The translations under genes were made by a program, and so were the position numbers. The notes beneath the pieces were generated by a model. That model was not told the DNA's origin and did not search any database. It saw nothing but the letters and a program-made list of their open reading frames with translations. Below are positions 50,343 to 59,741 of a stretch of 64,000 nt of DNA, piece after piece. Every line of letters starts with the position of its first letter. Positions within the stretch are counted from its first letter, which is position 1. The DNA comes from Anaeromyxobacteraceae bacterium (GTDB lineage: Bacteria; Myxococcota; Myxococcia; Myxococcales; Anaeromyxobacteraceae), in NCBI GenBank assembly GCA_032654565.1, contig JAULAX010000015.1, positions 1,024,001 through 1,088,000 of the forward strand. The letters run 5' to 3'.

Positions 50343-51754
50343 GCCTCCTCCCCGACGACGTGCTCTTCTCCGGGGTGGCCGCGCTCTCCGAGCAGCTGCG
50401 GACGCGGCAGCTCTCGCCGGTGGCGCTCACCGAGAGCTTCCTGGCGCGGCTGCAGCGGTACGGGCCGCGGCTCGGGGCCGTCATCACCCTGACCGCCGAG
50501 AAGGCGCTGGAGCAGGCGCGCGCCGCCGAGGCCGAGCTGGCCCGCGGGGCCTGGCGCGGGCCGCTGCACGGCATCCCCTACGGCCTCAAGGACCTCGTCG
50601 ACACCAAGGGCATCTCCACCACCTGGGGGGCGCGCCCCTTCGCCGGGAGGGTCCCCACCGAGGACGCCACCGTGGTGACCCGGCTCGACGCCGCCGGCGC
50701 CGTGCTCTGCGCCAAGCTCTCGATGATCGAGCTGGCCGGCGGGCTCGGCTACCACACCGGCCAGGCCTCGATGATCGGGCCGTGCCGCACCCCCTGGGAC
50801 CTCACCCGCTGGGCCGGCGGCTCCTCGTCCGGCTCGGCGGCGGCGGTGGCGGCGGGGCTGGTCCCCTTCGCCATCGGCTCGGAGACCTGGGGCTCGATCA
50901 CCTGCCCGGCCGCCTTCTGCGGCGTCACCGGCCTGCGCCCCACCTACGGCGTGCTCTCGCGCTTCGGGGCCATGCCGCTCTCCTTCACGCTCGACAAGCT
51001 CGGGCCGCTGACGCGCAGCGCCCAGGACGCGGCGCTGGTGCTGGCGGCGCTGGCCGGCGAGGACCCGCGCGATCCCTCCTCGATCCAGGCGCCGCCGGCC
51101 CTGGCCCGGGTGCGCGCCGAGCTCACCCCGGGGCTGCGGGTGGCGGTGCTGGGCTTCGAGGGGATCCCGGCGGCGGGGCTGGCGGCCGGCGCGGTGGCCG
51201 CCTTCGAGCGGGTCCAGGGGCTGCTGCGCGAGGGCGGGGCGCTGCTCGAGCCGGCCACGCTGCCCGACCTGCCCTGGGAGCCGCTCACCCTCGTCTTCCT
51301 CGAGGCCGAGGCGGCCAGCGTCTTCGAGGAGCTGATCCGCAGCGGCCGGACCCGCGAGCTGGCCGACGCCTCCCACCAGGCCCGGTCGCCGGACGACTAC
51401 CTGCCGCGGGCCACCTCCACCGACTACGTCCGGGCCATGCGGGTGCGGGGCGAGGCCCAGCGCGCCATGGCCCGCTTCTTCGAGCGGTACGACCTGGTGC
51501 TGGCCCCCAACGTGCCGGTGGCCGCGCCGAGGGTGGAGGAGGACTTCGACGAGCGGCTCAGCTACCCCGACCCGCTGGGCGCCGCCGGGAACCTCTGCGG
51601 CCTGCCGGCGCTGGCGCTGCCGGTGGGGTTCGGCGACGGGCTGCCGGTCTCGGCGCAGCTGGTGGGGCCGCCGCTGTCCGAGGCCAGGCTGCTCTCGGCC
51701 GCGGCCTGGCTGCAGCGCCGCACCGACTACCACCTGGCCCGTCCGCCGCTGTAA
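50339..51754 (+). CDS. Amidase-signature family protein
   Basis: GPLHGIPYGLKD, GGSSSGS, GSETWGSI..PA. Confidence 0.92.
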   Translation: MSLLPDDVLFSGVAALSEQLRTRQLSPVALTESFLARLQRYGPRLGAVITLTAEKALEQARAAEAELARGAWRGPLHGIPYGLKDLVDTKGISTTWGARPFAGRVPTEDATVVTRLDAAGAVLCAKLSMIELAGGLGYHTGQASMIGPCRTPWDLTRWAGGSSSGSAAAVAAGLVPFAIGSETWGSITCPAAFCGVTGLRPTYGVLSRFGAMPLSFTLDKLGPLTRSAQDAALVLAALAGEDPRDPSSIQAPPALARVRAELTPGLRVAVLGFEGIPAAGLAAGAVAAFERVQGLLREGGALLEPATLPDLPWEPLTLVFLEAEAASVFEELIRSGRTRELADASHQARSPDDYLPRATSTDYVRAMRVRGEAQRAMARFFERYDLVLAPNVPVAAPRVEEDFDERLSYPDPLGAAGNLCGLPALALPVGFGDGLPVSAQLVGPPLSEARLLSAAAWLQRRTDYHLARPPL

Positions 51755-51764
51755 GTTGGGGCGC

Positions 51765-52520
51765 GTGAACAAGCTCATCGAGTACCTCGGCTGGGTCGCC
51801 GCGGCCGTCATCATCCTCCTCGGCCTCCCCATCCAGCTGGTGCTCTGGCTGGTGACGCGCCCCTTCGATCGCAACGTGGTGGTCCCGGGGCGGTTCCTCC
51901 GCTTCATCGGCGTCCTGCTCGGCAACTGCTACCGGCCCTGGAAGTTCCGGGTGGTGGGGGCGTGGCCGGAGGGCGGCCCGTACGTGGTGGTGGCCAACCA
52001 CCAGTCGCTGCTCGACATCGTGCTGCTCTCGCGGATGCCGCGGGAGATGAAGTGGGTGGGCAAGGAGTCGCTCTTCAAGATCCCCTGGATCGGCCTGATG
52101 CTGCGGCTCACCGGCGACATCGCGGTGCGGCGCGGCGACCCGGAGAGCGGCGGCGAGGCGGTGGCCAAGGCCAAGGCCTACCTGGGGCGGGACATGAGCG
52201 TGATGATCTTCCCCGAGGGGACCCGCTCGCGCGACGCCCGGCTGCTCCCCTTCAAGAAGGGGGCCTTCCGCCTGGCCATCGACGCCGGGGTGGCGGTGCT
52301 GCCGGTGGTGCTCTCGGGCACGGCGGCCGGCTTCCAGAAGGGGGCGGCGGTGGTGGGCCCCTGCGACGCGGTGGCCACCATCCTCCCGCCGGTCCCGACC
52401 GCCGGGCTGACCCAGGCCGACGCCGGGGCGCTGCGCGACCGGGTGCGGGCCGCCTTCGTGGCCACGCTGCCGCCCGGGGAGGTCGGTCCGGCGCCGGTGG
52501 AGCCTGGAGAGGGCGCGTGA
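51765..52520 (+). CDS. 1-acyl-sn-glycerol-3-phosphate acyltransferase (PlsC family)
   Basis: NHQSLLD, FPEGTRS, FKKGAF. Confidence 0.9.
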   Translation: MNKLIEYLGWVAAAVIILLGLPIQLVLWLVTRPFDRNVVVPGRFLRFIGVLLGNCYRPWKFRVVGAWPEGGPYVVVANHQSLLDIVLLSRMPREMKWVGKESLFKIPWIGLMLRLTGDIAVRRGDPESGGEAVAKAKAYLGRDMSVMIFPEGTRSRDARLLPFKKGAFRLAIDAGVAVLPVVLSGTAAGFQKGAAVVGPCDAVATILPPVPTAGLTQADAGALRDRVRAAFVATLPPGEVGPAPVEPGEGA

Positions 52521-53701
52521 TCGAGCTGGGGTACGGGGCGCGGCCGCTGCCGCTCACCTTGCCCTCCGGGCTGGAGGCGGAGGTCCTGCCGCCCCCGTCG
52601 CCGCCGCCGGTGGCCGACCTGGGCGCGGCGCTGGCCGAGGCGCTGGCCAACCCCTTCGGCAGCCGGCGGCTGAAGGAGCTGGCGACGGCGCGGACCCGGG
52701 CGGTGGTGATCGTCTCCGACGCCTCGCGCCACGAGCCGCGCGCCGAGCTGTTCGCGGCGGTGCGGGCCGAGCTGGGGGCGCTCCCCGACGACCGGATCAC
52801 CCTGGCGGTGGCCAACGGGACCCACCAGCCGGGGCCGGTGGAGGGGCTGGAGCTGCCGGCCGAGGTGCTGCGCCGCCACCGGGTGGTCAACCACGACTCG
52901 CGGGACGAGAGCCAGCTGGTGGAGGTGGGGCGGACCTCGCGCGGCACCCGGCTGCGCGTCAACCGCTGCCTGGTCGAGGCCGACCTGATCGTCACCACCG
53001 GGCGCATCAAGCCGCACTACTTCGCCGGCTACGGCGGCGGCACCAAGGGGATCTTCCCGGGGCTGGGGGCGGAGGCCGACATCCGCCAGAACCACCTGCT
53101 CAAGGCCGACCCGGGCAGCACGCTGGGGCGCGCCGACCAGAACCCCTGCCGCGACGACCTGGAGGAGGCGGCGGGGCGGCTGGGACGCCAGGCCTTCATG
53201 CTCAACGTGGTCGAGGCGGGCGGCGTCATCACCGGGGCGGTGGCCGGCGACCTGGTGCTGGCCCACCGCGAGGGGGTGGGGCGGCTGCGGCGCTGGGTGG
53301 AGGTGCGGGCCAGGCCGGCGGCGGTGGTGGTGGTGTCGGCGCCGCTGCCGGTGTCGGGGAGCCTCTACCAGGCCTCCAAGCTGGTTGCGCCGGCCGGGCT
53401 GCTGCTCCGCGACGGCGGCGTGGTGATCGTGGCGGCCGAGTGCCCACAGGGGACCGGGCCGCTCAAGACGGTCAACGAGGGGATCTTCACGCTGGGTGTG
53501 CGGCGGTTCCTGCCGGCGCGGTACACGCTGCTGCTGGTGTCGGGGATGGACGAGGCGACGGTGGCCCAGACCTATGCCCGCCACGCCCCGTCGCTGGAGT
53601 GGGCGGTGGCGGAGGCGGTCCGGCTCACCGGGGCACGGGGGCGGGTGCTGGTGATGCCCGACGCCGGCGACCTGGTGCCGGTTCCGGTGGCCGGGGAATA
53701 G
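52517..53701 (+). CDS. LarA (nickel-pincer) lactate racemase-family protein
   Basis: VSDASR, ANGTH, PHYFAGYGGGTK.IFPG, RQNH, LYQASK. Confidence 0.85.
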   Translation: MIELGYGARPLPLTLPSGLEAEVLPPPSPPPVADLGAALAEALANPFGSRRLKELATARTRAVVIVSDASRHEPRAELFAAVRAELGALPDDRITLAVANGTHQPGPVEGLELPAEVLRRHRVVNHDSRDESQLVEVGRTSRGTRLRVNRCLVEADLIVTTGRIKPHYFAGYGGGTKGIFPGLGAEADIRQNHLLKADPGSTLGRADQNPCRDDLEEAAGRLGRQAFMLNVVEAGGVITGAVAGDLVLAHREGVGRLRRWVEVRARPAAVVVVSAPLPVSGSLYQASKLVAPAGLLLRDGGVVIVAAECPQGTGPLKTVNEGIFTLGVRRFLPARYTLLLVSGMDEATVAQTYARHAPSLEWAVAEAVRLTGARGRVLVMPDAGDLVPVPVAGE

Positions 53702-53773
53702 GACACCTCTTTCGGGGTAGCACTCCCGCCGTTTGCCAAAAACTACTCTGGGTAGGGAATGAACGGCCCTTGC

Positions 53774-53826
53774 GGCATGGACGTGGCGGGGACATATTCC
53801 GGTCAAACCTTGGACGAGGCTGTCCA
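53774..53826 (+). promoter_or_regulatory. CarH-type operator: four direct repeats at 11-bp period
   Basis: TGGAC 53778, GGGAC 53789, CGGTC 53800, TGGAC 53811, then inverted TGTCCA. Confidence 0.6.
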
Positions 53827-53838
53827 CCGGAGTCCCGA

Positions 53839-54741
53839 ATGAGGCCCCTCACCTTTCCCATCCGTGCCGTCGCCAAGCTGACCGGCATCACCGTCGACAC
53901 GCTGCGGGCCTGGGAGCGGCGCTACGGCGTCGTCGAGCCCTCCCGCGACGAGCGCGGCCGGACCTACTCCGAGGCCGACGTGGAGCGGCTCACCCTGCTG
54001 CGCCGGGCCGTCGAGCGCGGCCACGCCATCGGCCGGGTCGCCCCCCTCGGCGTCGACGAGCTGCGCGCCCTGGTCGGCCGCGCCGCCTCGCCGCCCGTCA
54101 TCCCCGCGCCCTCCTCACCGGTGACCATCGACGGGCTGCTGGCCGCCGTCGAGGGGTTCGACCTCGACCGGCTGCGCCGGGAGCTGAACCGGCTGGCGGT
54201 GGTGCTGGCGCCGCGCCAGCTGGCCCTCGAGGTGGCGCTGCCGCTGATGCGCGCCGTCGGCGAGGCCTGGCACCTCGGCAAGGTCTCCATCGGCCAGGAG
54301 CACCTGGTCACCGCCGAGATCCGCAGCCTGGTGGGGGCGCTGCTCCGCCTCCGCGAGCCGCCCCCCGGGGCGCCGCGGGTGCTGATCGCCACCATCGAAG
54401 GCGAGCCGCACGAGCTGGGGGCGCTGGTGGCGGCGCTGCTGTCCACCGGCGCCGGCGTCGCCCCCTTCTACTTCGGGGCCGGGCTCCCACCCCGCGAGCT
54501 GGTGGCGGCGGCCCGGCGGCTCCGCCCGCGCGCCGTGGTCCTCTCCATGGCCGGCGCCGGGAGCGTCGAGCAGGTGGCCGGGTCGGTGGCCGAGCTGGCC
54601 CGCGCCCTGCCGGCCGGGACCGCCTGCTGGGTCGGTGGCGCCGGGGCCCAGGCCTCGCGGGCGGCGCTGAGCGCGGCCGGCGTGGAGATCTTCGACGACT
54701 TCGACGGGTTCGAGCAGGCGCTGGCCCGGCTGGCGGCGTAG
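53839..54741 (+). CDS. MerR-family B12-binding regulator (CarH/LitR-like)
   Basis: LRAWERRYG, W-x9-EH (WHLGKVSIGQEH), ExHxxG (EPHELG). Confidence 0.88.
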   Translation: MRPLTFPIRAVAKLTGITVDTLRAWERRYGVVEPSRDERGRTYSEADVERLTLLRRAVERGHAIGRVAPLGVDELRALVGRAASPPVIPAPSSPVTIDGLLAAVEGFDLDRLRRELNRLAVVLAPRQLALEVALPLMRAVGEAWHLGKVSIGQEHLVTAEIRSLVGALLRLREPPPGAPRVLIATIEGEPHELGALVAALLSTGAGVAPFYFGAGLPPRELVAAARRLRPRAVVLSMAGAGSVEQVAGSVAELARALPAGTACWVGGAGAQASRAALSAAGVEIFDDFDGFEQALARLAA

Positions 54742-54886
54742 GGCGTCGGGGACCAGGTGGCGCTGACGGTTCGCGTCGGATGGCGTGCGGCGCGGTGGCC
54801 TGCGGCCGCTGGAGCGACGCCGGAGGGCCGAAGTGAAGCGCAGCCTGGCGCGGCGGCCTTGGCCTCGGCGCTAGGCCGTCGCTCTC

Positions 54887-55957
54887 TCAGCCGCCGCCCG
54901 AGCCCAGGTCGCCGGGCGAGCCGGGCGAGAGCCGCTCCAGCATCGCCTGGGCGCCAGGGAAGTTGCTGCGCAGCACCAGGGTCCGCCGCAGGGCGGTGAG
55001 GGCGCCGTCGCGATCGCCGCTGCGCAGGCGCACCACCGCCAGGCTGTACTGGATGTGGGCGCCGTTCGGATCGAGCCTGGCGGCGGCGGTCAGCTCCGCC
55101 AGGGCCGCCGGCAGGTCGCCGGCCTGGAGGTGGATGGCCCCCAGGTTGGCGTGCGGCGCCGCCATGGCCGGCGCCAGCGCGCTGGCCTTCCGGTAGCAGG
55201 CCACCGCCTCGTCGCGCTGGCCGAGCCGCGCCGCGGCGATGCCGAGGTTGTTCCAGCCGCGGGCGAACTCCGGCTTGACCAGCACCGCCAGCCGGAAGAG
55301 CCGCTCCGCCTCGCTCCAGTCGGGCGGCCGGCCGGCCTCGCGGGCCAGGTCCACCAGCTCGAAGCCGCGGTTGTTGTAGAAGTGGGCCACCGCCTCCAGG
55401 TCGTCGAGCTGCCGGTACCACTGGGTGCGGCCCATCTGGGCGAAGTCCAGGCTGATGCGCTCGTTGCCGGTGTCCACCAGGGCGCTGATGTGGCCGAGCT
55501 GGACGGTGCTGCCGTCCTCGCCGTAGCGGGTCTCGTGGACGCGGACCGAGGCGTCCACGTAGCGGGCGTCGAGCCCCACCGCGCGGGCCAGCCCGATGAA
55601 GACCGAGGCCAGCGCCACGCAGTTTCCCCGCCCGGAGGCCAGCGCCTCGGCCCCGGTGGTGGTGGACTCGCTGAGGTCGGCGCTGAGCCCGAAGCCGGCC
55701 GGGTCGAACATGCCCTTCACCAGCAGCTCCACCTTCTCGGCGTCGGTGCGGGCCCGCTCCACCAGGCTGCGGGCCCGGGCCAGCGCCGCGGGCGGCAGGT
55801 CGTGGGGGACGACCAGGTCGGCGGCCGGGAAGCCGGAGCGGCCGGCCAGCTCCTCGCGCAGCTCGGCCGGCGTGTAGACCTGCTTCAGGGTGCCTGCGCA
55901 CCCCGCCGCACCGAACGCCAGCGCCGCCGTCGCGGCGACCAGGGAGTTCCGGGTCAT
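54887..55957 (-). CDS. Transglutaminase-like + TPR lipoprotein
   Basis: AAGC lipobox; GNCVALA..F..LAR..GL, GHI, LDF; TPRs (WNNLG, HANLG). Confidence 0.8.
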   Translation of the reverse strand: MTRNSLVAATAALAFGAAGCAGTLKQVYTPAELREELAGRSGFPAADLVVPHDLPPAALARARSLVERARTDAEKVELLVKGMFDPAGFGLSADLSESTTTGAEALASGRGNCVALASVFIGLARAVGLDARYVDASVRVHETRYGEDGSTVQLGHISALVDTGNERISLDFAQMGRTQWYRQLDDLEAVAHFYNNRGFELVDLAREAGRPPDWSEAERLFRLAVLVKPEFARGWNNLGIAAARLGQRDEAVACYRKASALAPAMAAPHANLGAIHLQAGDLPAALAELTAAARLDPNGAHIQYSLAVVRLRSGDRDGALTALRRTLVLRSNFPGAQAMLERLSPGSPGDLGSGGG

Positions 55958-56100
55958 CTCCGCCTCGTGGGGACAAGCCTAGCCAACCGGGGCCGACAAT
56001 GCACCCCCGCCACCCCGAATCGCACCCGGGCCACGCCGGCCGCGGCGAGATCGGCCTCCAAGGCGCTGGAGCCGAGGTCGCGCCCCGTCGCCGCCGGGCC

Positions 56101-56844
56101 CTACGCCTTCGGCGGGTGGACGTGGGCGGCCAGGCCGGCCACCTTGCCCACCAGGCCGTGCTTCAGCCGCTGCTGCTCCAGCCAGGCCACCCACTGGTCC
56201 ATCCCCTGGCCGGTGCGCGCCGAGACCTTGAGCACGCGGGGCGTGGGCATGACCCGCGCCAGGGCGTCGTCGAGCTTCGCCATGTCGAAGTCGAGGTGAG
56301 GGACGAGATCGCACTTGGAGACGATGACCAGGTCCGCGGCCAGGAACATGGTCGGGTACTTGAGCGGCTTGTCCTCGCCCTCGGTCACCGACAGCACCAC
56401 CACGTTGGCGGCCTGCCCCAGGTCGTAGATGGCCGGGCAGACCAGGTTGCCGACGTTCTCGATGAAGAAGACGTCGGTCTTCTGCCAGGCGATGCCGTGC
56501 AGTGAGCGGTGCACCAGGTCGGCGTCGAGGTGGCAGGCCTGCCCGGTGGTGATGGCGTGCGAGGGGATGCCGGCCTTGACCAGGCGGACCGCGTCGTTGT
56601 CGGTGGCGAGATCGGCCGAGACGGCGCCGAGGCGCCAGCCCTTGGCCGCCGCCGCCCTGGCGGTGGCCTCCAGCACCGCGGTCTTGCCGGCGCCAGGCGA
56701 GCCCATCAGGTTGAGCGCCAGCACCCCGGCCTCGAGGAAGTGCTCGCGGTTGTGCTTCGCGGCCCGGTCGTTGCCGGCCAGGATCTTCTCGTGCAGCTCC
56801 ACCGGGACCAGCTCGGTGTCACCGCAGCCACAGGTCGTGCACAT
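56101..56844 (-). CDS. hypB: Hydrogenase nickel incorporation GTPase
   Basis: MCTTCGC, GSPGAGKT, CHLDA, ENVGNLVCPA, EGEDKPLKYP. Confidence 0.97.
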   Translation of the reverse strand: MCTTCGCGDTELVPVELHEKILAGNDRAAKHNREHFLEAGVLALNLMGSPGAGKTAVLEATARAAAAKGWRLGAVSADLATDNDAVRLVKAGIPSHAITTGQACHLDADLVHRSLHGIAWQKTDVFFIENVGNLVCPAIYDLGQAANVVVLSVTEGEDKPLKYPTMFLAADLVIVSKCDLVPHLDFDMAKLDDALARVMPTPRVLKVSARTGQGMDQWVAWLEQQRLKHGLVGKVAGLAAHVHPPKA

Positions 56845-56879
56845 TCAGTGCTCCTCGCCGCGCCAGCCGATGGAACGCA

Positions 56880-57224
56880 TCAGGGGATCTCCAGGTCGAT
56901 GCCGTCGAGGGTCAGGGCGTCGCCGCCCTCGTCGAGCCGGGCCGGCCCGGCGCAGGCGTCGCAGCGCAGCGGGGCGCCGCGGGGGATGGCGGCCCGGCAG
57001 GTCGGGCAGGACCAGCTGGCCGCCACCTGCGTGAGGGTGAGCGGCACCTCGGCGCAGATGGTGCCGGCGCGGAAGGTGTCGTAGGCGGTCTGGAAGAGCC
57101 CGGCGTCGACGCCGGCCAGCTCGCCGAGGCGCACCGAGAGGCCGTGGACCTTGAGCGCGCCGCGCCGCCGGGCCTCGGCCTCGACCCGGGTGATGAGCGC
57201 TTCGACCAGCGAGTACTCGTGCAT
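56880..57224 (-). CDS. hypA: Hydrogenase nickel metallochaperone
   Basis: MHEYSL, two CxxC motifs. Confidence 0.95.
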   Translation of the reverse strand: MHEYSLVEALITRVEAEARRRGALKVHGLSVRLGELAGVDAGLFQTAYDTFRAGTICAEVPLTLTQVAASWSCPTCRAAIPRGAPLRCDACAGPARLDEGGDALTLDGIDLEIP

Positions 57225-57241
57225 CTTCGGGCCCGTCTCCC

Positions 57242-58264
57242 TCAGCAGATGCGCGGGAGCAGCTCGCCCTCGGGCTCGGCCAGCAGCCGCTTGCCGAGGC
57301 CGGTGTCGAGGATCACCGCGCCGGGCCGCTCGGCGATGGCCCGGGCGAAGATGGCGGCGTCGCGGCCGAGCGGGTGGGCGCGCAGCGCCGCCAGCACCTT
57401 GTCGGCCGAGGCCGCCCGCACCCCGATCACCGCCTTGCCCTCGTTGGCCACCAGCAGGGGATCGATGCCCAGCATGTCGCTGGCGGCGCGCACCTCGTCG
57501 CGGACCGGCACCGCCTGCTCCTCGATGACGATGCCCACCTTCCCCTTGGCGGCCATCTCGTGGAGCGAGCCGGCCACCCCGCCGCGGGTGGGGTCCTTCA
57601 TGGCCACCACGTCGTCGCCGCCGGCGGCCAGGGCGGCGCGGACCAGGCCGTTCACCGGGGCCACGTCGGAGCGCAGGTCGCCCTGCAGCCCCAGGTCGTG
57701 CCGCTTCGACATGATGGCCATGCCGTGGTCGCCGACGTGGCCGGTGACGATGAGCAGGTCGCCGGCCCGCAGCCCGGCGTCGCTGACCACCCGACGGGTC
57801 AGGGCCACGCCGGTGGTGTTGATGAAGATGCCGTCGCAGTCCCCCCGGCCCACCACCTTGGTGTCGCCGGTGACGAAGGGGGCGCCGGCCTCCAGCGCCG
57901 CCGCCTTCATCGAGTCGCGCAGCCGCTCCAGGTCGGCGCGCGGGAAGCCGTCCTCGAGGATGACGGCGCAGGTCAGCGCCATGGGCTCGGTGGCCCCCAT
58001 CATGGCCAGATCGTTGACGGTGCCGCAGACGGCGATGCGGCCGATGTCGCCGCCGGGGAAGAAGATGGGGTGGACCACGTGCGAGTCGGTGGTCACCACC
58101 AGCCACTGGTCGCCGATGCGCAGCGCCGCGCCGTCGTCGAGGGCGCCGAGGCCGATGCCATCCACCGGCGAGGCCAGCTCCAGGAAGACCTCCTCGATGA
58201 GCTGGCGCATGGCCCGCCCGCCCGACCCGTGCTTCAGCCCGATCTTCTGGACCACCTTCTCCAT
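57242..58264 (-). CDS. hypE: Hydrogenase maturation protein HypE
   Basis: HGSGG, TTDSHVV, GTVNDLA, GDTKVV, C-terminal LPRIC. Confidence 0.97.
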   Translation of the reverse strand: MEKVVQKIGLKHGSGGRAMRQLIEEVFLELASPVDGIGLGALDDGAALRIGDQWLVVTTDSHVVHPIFFPGGDIGRIAVCGTVNDLAMMGATEPMALTCAVILEDGFPRADLERLRDSMKAAALEAGAPFVTGDTKVVGRGDCDGIFINTTGVALTRRVVSDAGLRAGDLLIVTGHVGDHGMAIMSKRHDLGLQGDLRSDVAPVNGLVRAALAAGGDDVVAMKDPTRGGVAGSLHEMAAKGKVGIVIEEQAVPVRDEVRAASDMLGIDPLLVANEGKAVIGVRAASADKVLAALRAHPLGRDAAIFARAIAERPGAVILDTGLGKRLLAEPEGELLPRIC

Positions 58265-59425
58265 CTAGCGCGTCCCTTCCTGGGTGGCCGGCGCGCCGAC
58301 GCCGCGGAGGTCCGGGGCGCCGCCGTAGGTGTGCCAGATGCGGCAGGTGCCCTCCGACGAGACCATGCAGGCCCCCACCGGCGACTCGGGGACGCAGGCG
58401 GTGCCGAAGAGCGGGCAGTCGTGGGGCGTGGCCAGCCCCATCATGATGGTGCCGCAGAGGCACTCCGACTCCAGCCCGGAGGCCCGCTCGTCGCGGACCG
58501 GGGCGGTGTCGATGCGGAAGCGCTTGCGGGCGTCGAGGTGGGCGAACTCGGGGCGCAGGTCGAGGTTGCCCTGCGGGACCTCGGCGATGCCGCGCCACTT
58601 CCCGGCCCGGGCCTCGAAGACCGTCCAGAGCACCTGCTGCGCCGGCCGGTTCCCCTCCCGGGTCACGCAGCGCGGGTAGGCGTTGAAGACCTCGGCCTTC
58701 CCCTCGCGGATCAGGTCGGTCAGCTTGACGATGGCGGCGAGGATGTCGAGCGGCTCGAAGCCGGCCACCACCACCGGGGTGTCGGTCTTCTGCGCGAAGG
58801 GCTCGAAGATCCCCCAGCCGGTGATGATGGCGGCGTGGCCGGCGGCGATGAACCCTTCGATCTTCGTCTCCTTCGACCCGGCCACCAGGTCCATGGCGGC
58901 CGGCACGTACTTGTGGACCGAGAGGACGGAGAAGTTCTTCGGCGGCTGCGCCAGCGCGGCGGCAGCGGTGGCCACCGCGGTGGTCTCGAAGCCGGAGGCG
59001 AAGAAGACCACCTCCTCGGACGGGTGGGCCCTGGCCAGCTCGACCGCCTGGTCGACCGAGTAGACGACGTGGACCTTGCCGCCGTCCCCCTGGGCGTCGG
59101 CCAGCGAGCGGGAGGTGCCGGGCAGCCGGAGCATGTCGCCGTAGGTGCAGACCGTGGCGCCCTGGCGCGCCAGCGCCACCGCCTCGTCCACCTCCGGGCC
59201 GTCGGTGACGCAGACCGGGCAGCCCGGCCCCATGATCAGCTGCAGCTGGCGGGGGAGCACGGCGCGCAGGCCGAAGCGGGCGATGGCCTGCTCGTGGCTG
59301 CCGCAGACGTGCATCACCGAGACCTGGCGCCCGATGGCGTCGAGGTTTCGCTGCAGCGCCTCCGCCAGCGCCCGGGCCTTGGCCGGGTCGCGGAACTTCA
59401 GCTCGCTCGTCAGGTCCCTGGCCAC
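58265..59425 (-). CDS. hypD: Hydrogenase maturation protein HypD
   Basis: VCGSH, GPGCPVC, GFETT, GACMVSSEG. Confidence 0.97.
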   Translation of the reverse strand: MARDLTSELKFRDPAKARALAEALQRNLDAIGRQVSVMHVCGSHEQAIARFGLRAVLPRQLQLIMGPGCPVCVTDGPEVDEAVALARQGATVCTYGDMLRLPGTSRSLADAQGDGGKVHVVYSVDQAVELARAHPSEEVVFFASGFETTAVATAAAALAQPPKNFSVLSVHKYVPAAMDLVAGSKETKIEGFIAAGHAAIITGWGIFEPFAQKTDTPVVVAGFEPLDILAAIVKLTDLIREGKAEVFNAYPRCVTREGNRPAQQVLWTVFEARAGKWRGIAEVPQGNLDLRPEFAHLDARKRFRIDTAPVRDERASGLESECLCGTIMMGLATPHDCPLFGTACVPESPVGACMVSSEGTCRIWHTYGGAPDLRGVGAPATQEGTR

Positions 59426-59435
59426 GGCGCGCCCC

Positions 59436-59726
59436 TCAGGCCTTGGCCGCGCCGCCGGCGGCGATCTCGCCCCGCACGTCGGCGGCCATCAGGTCCTCGC
59501 GGGCCCCGCTGACGTCGAGGATCTGCTCGAAGAGGGCCAGCGTCTCCTGCACCTCGTCGGGGGGGATGCGGCGGATGGCGTAGCCCACGTGGTTGAGCAC
59601 GTAGTCACCCACGGTGACCGGCTCGTCGACGATCTCCAGCCGCAGCTCCTTCTTGACGCCGAAGAAGTCGACCGTCGCCACCATCCCGTCGATGGCCAGC
59701 ACCTTGCCGGGAACTCCGAGACACAT
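59436..59726 (-). CDS. hypC: Hydrogenase chaperone
   Basis: MCLGVPG, GDYVLNHVG. Confidence 0.96.
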   Translation of the reverse strand: MCLGVPGKVLAIDGMVATVDFFGVKKELRLEIVDEPVTVGDYVLNHVGYAIRRIPPDEVQETLALFEQILDVSGAREDLMAADVRGEIAAGGAAKA

Positions 59727-59741
59727 GACCTGCTCCCTTCC

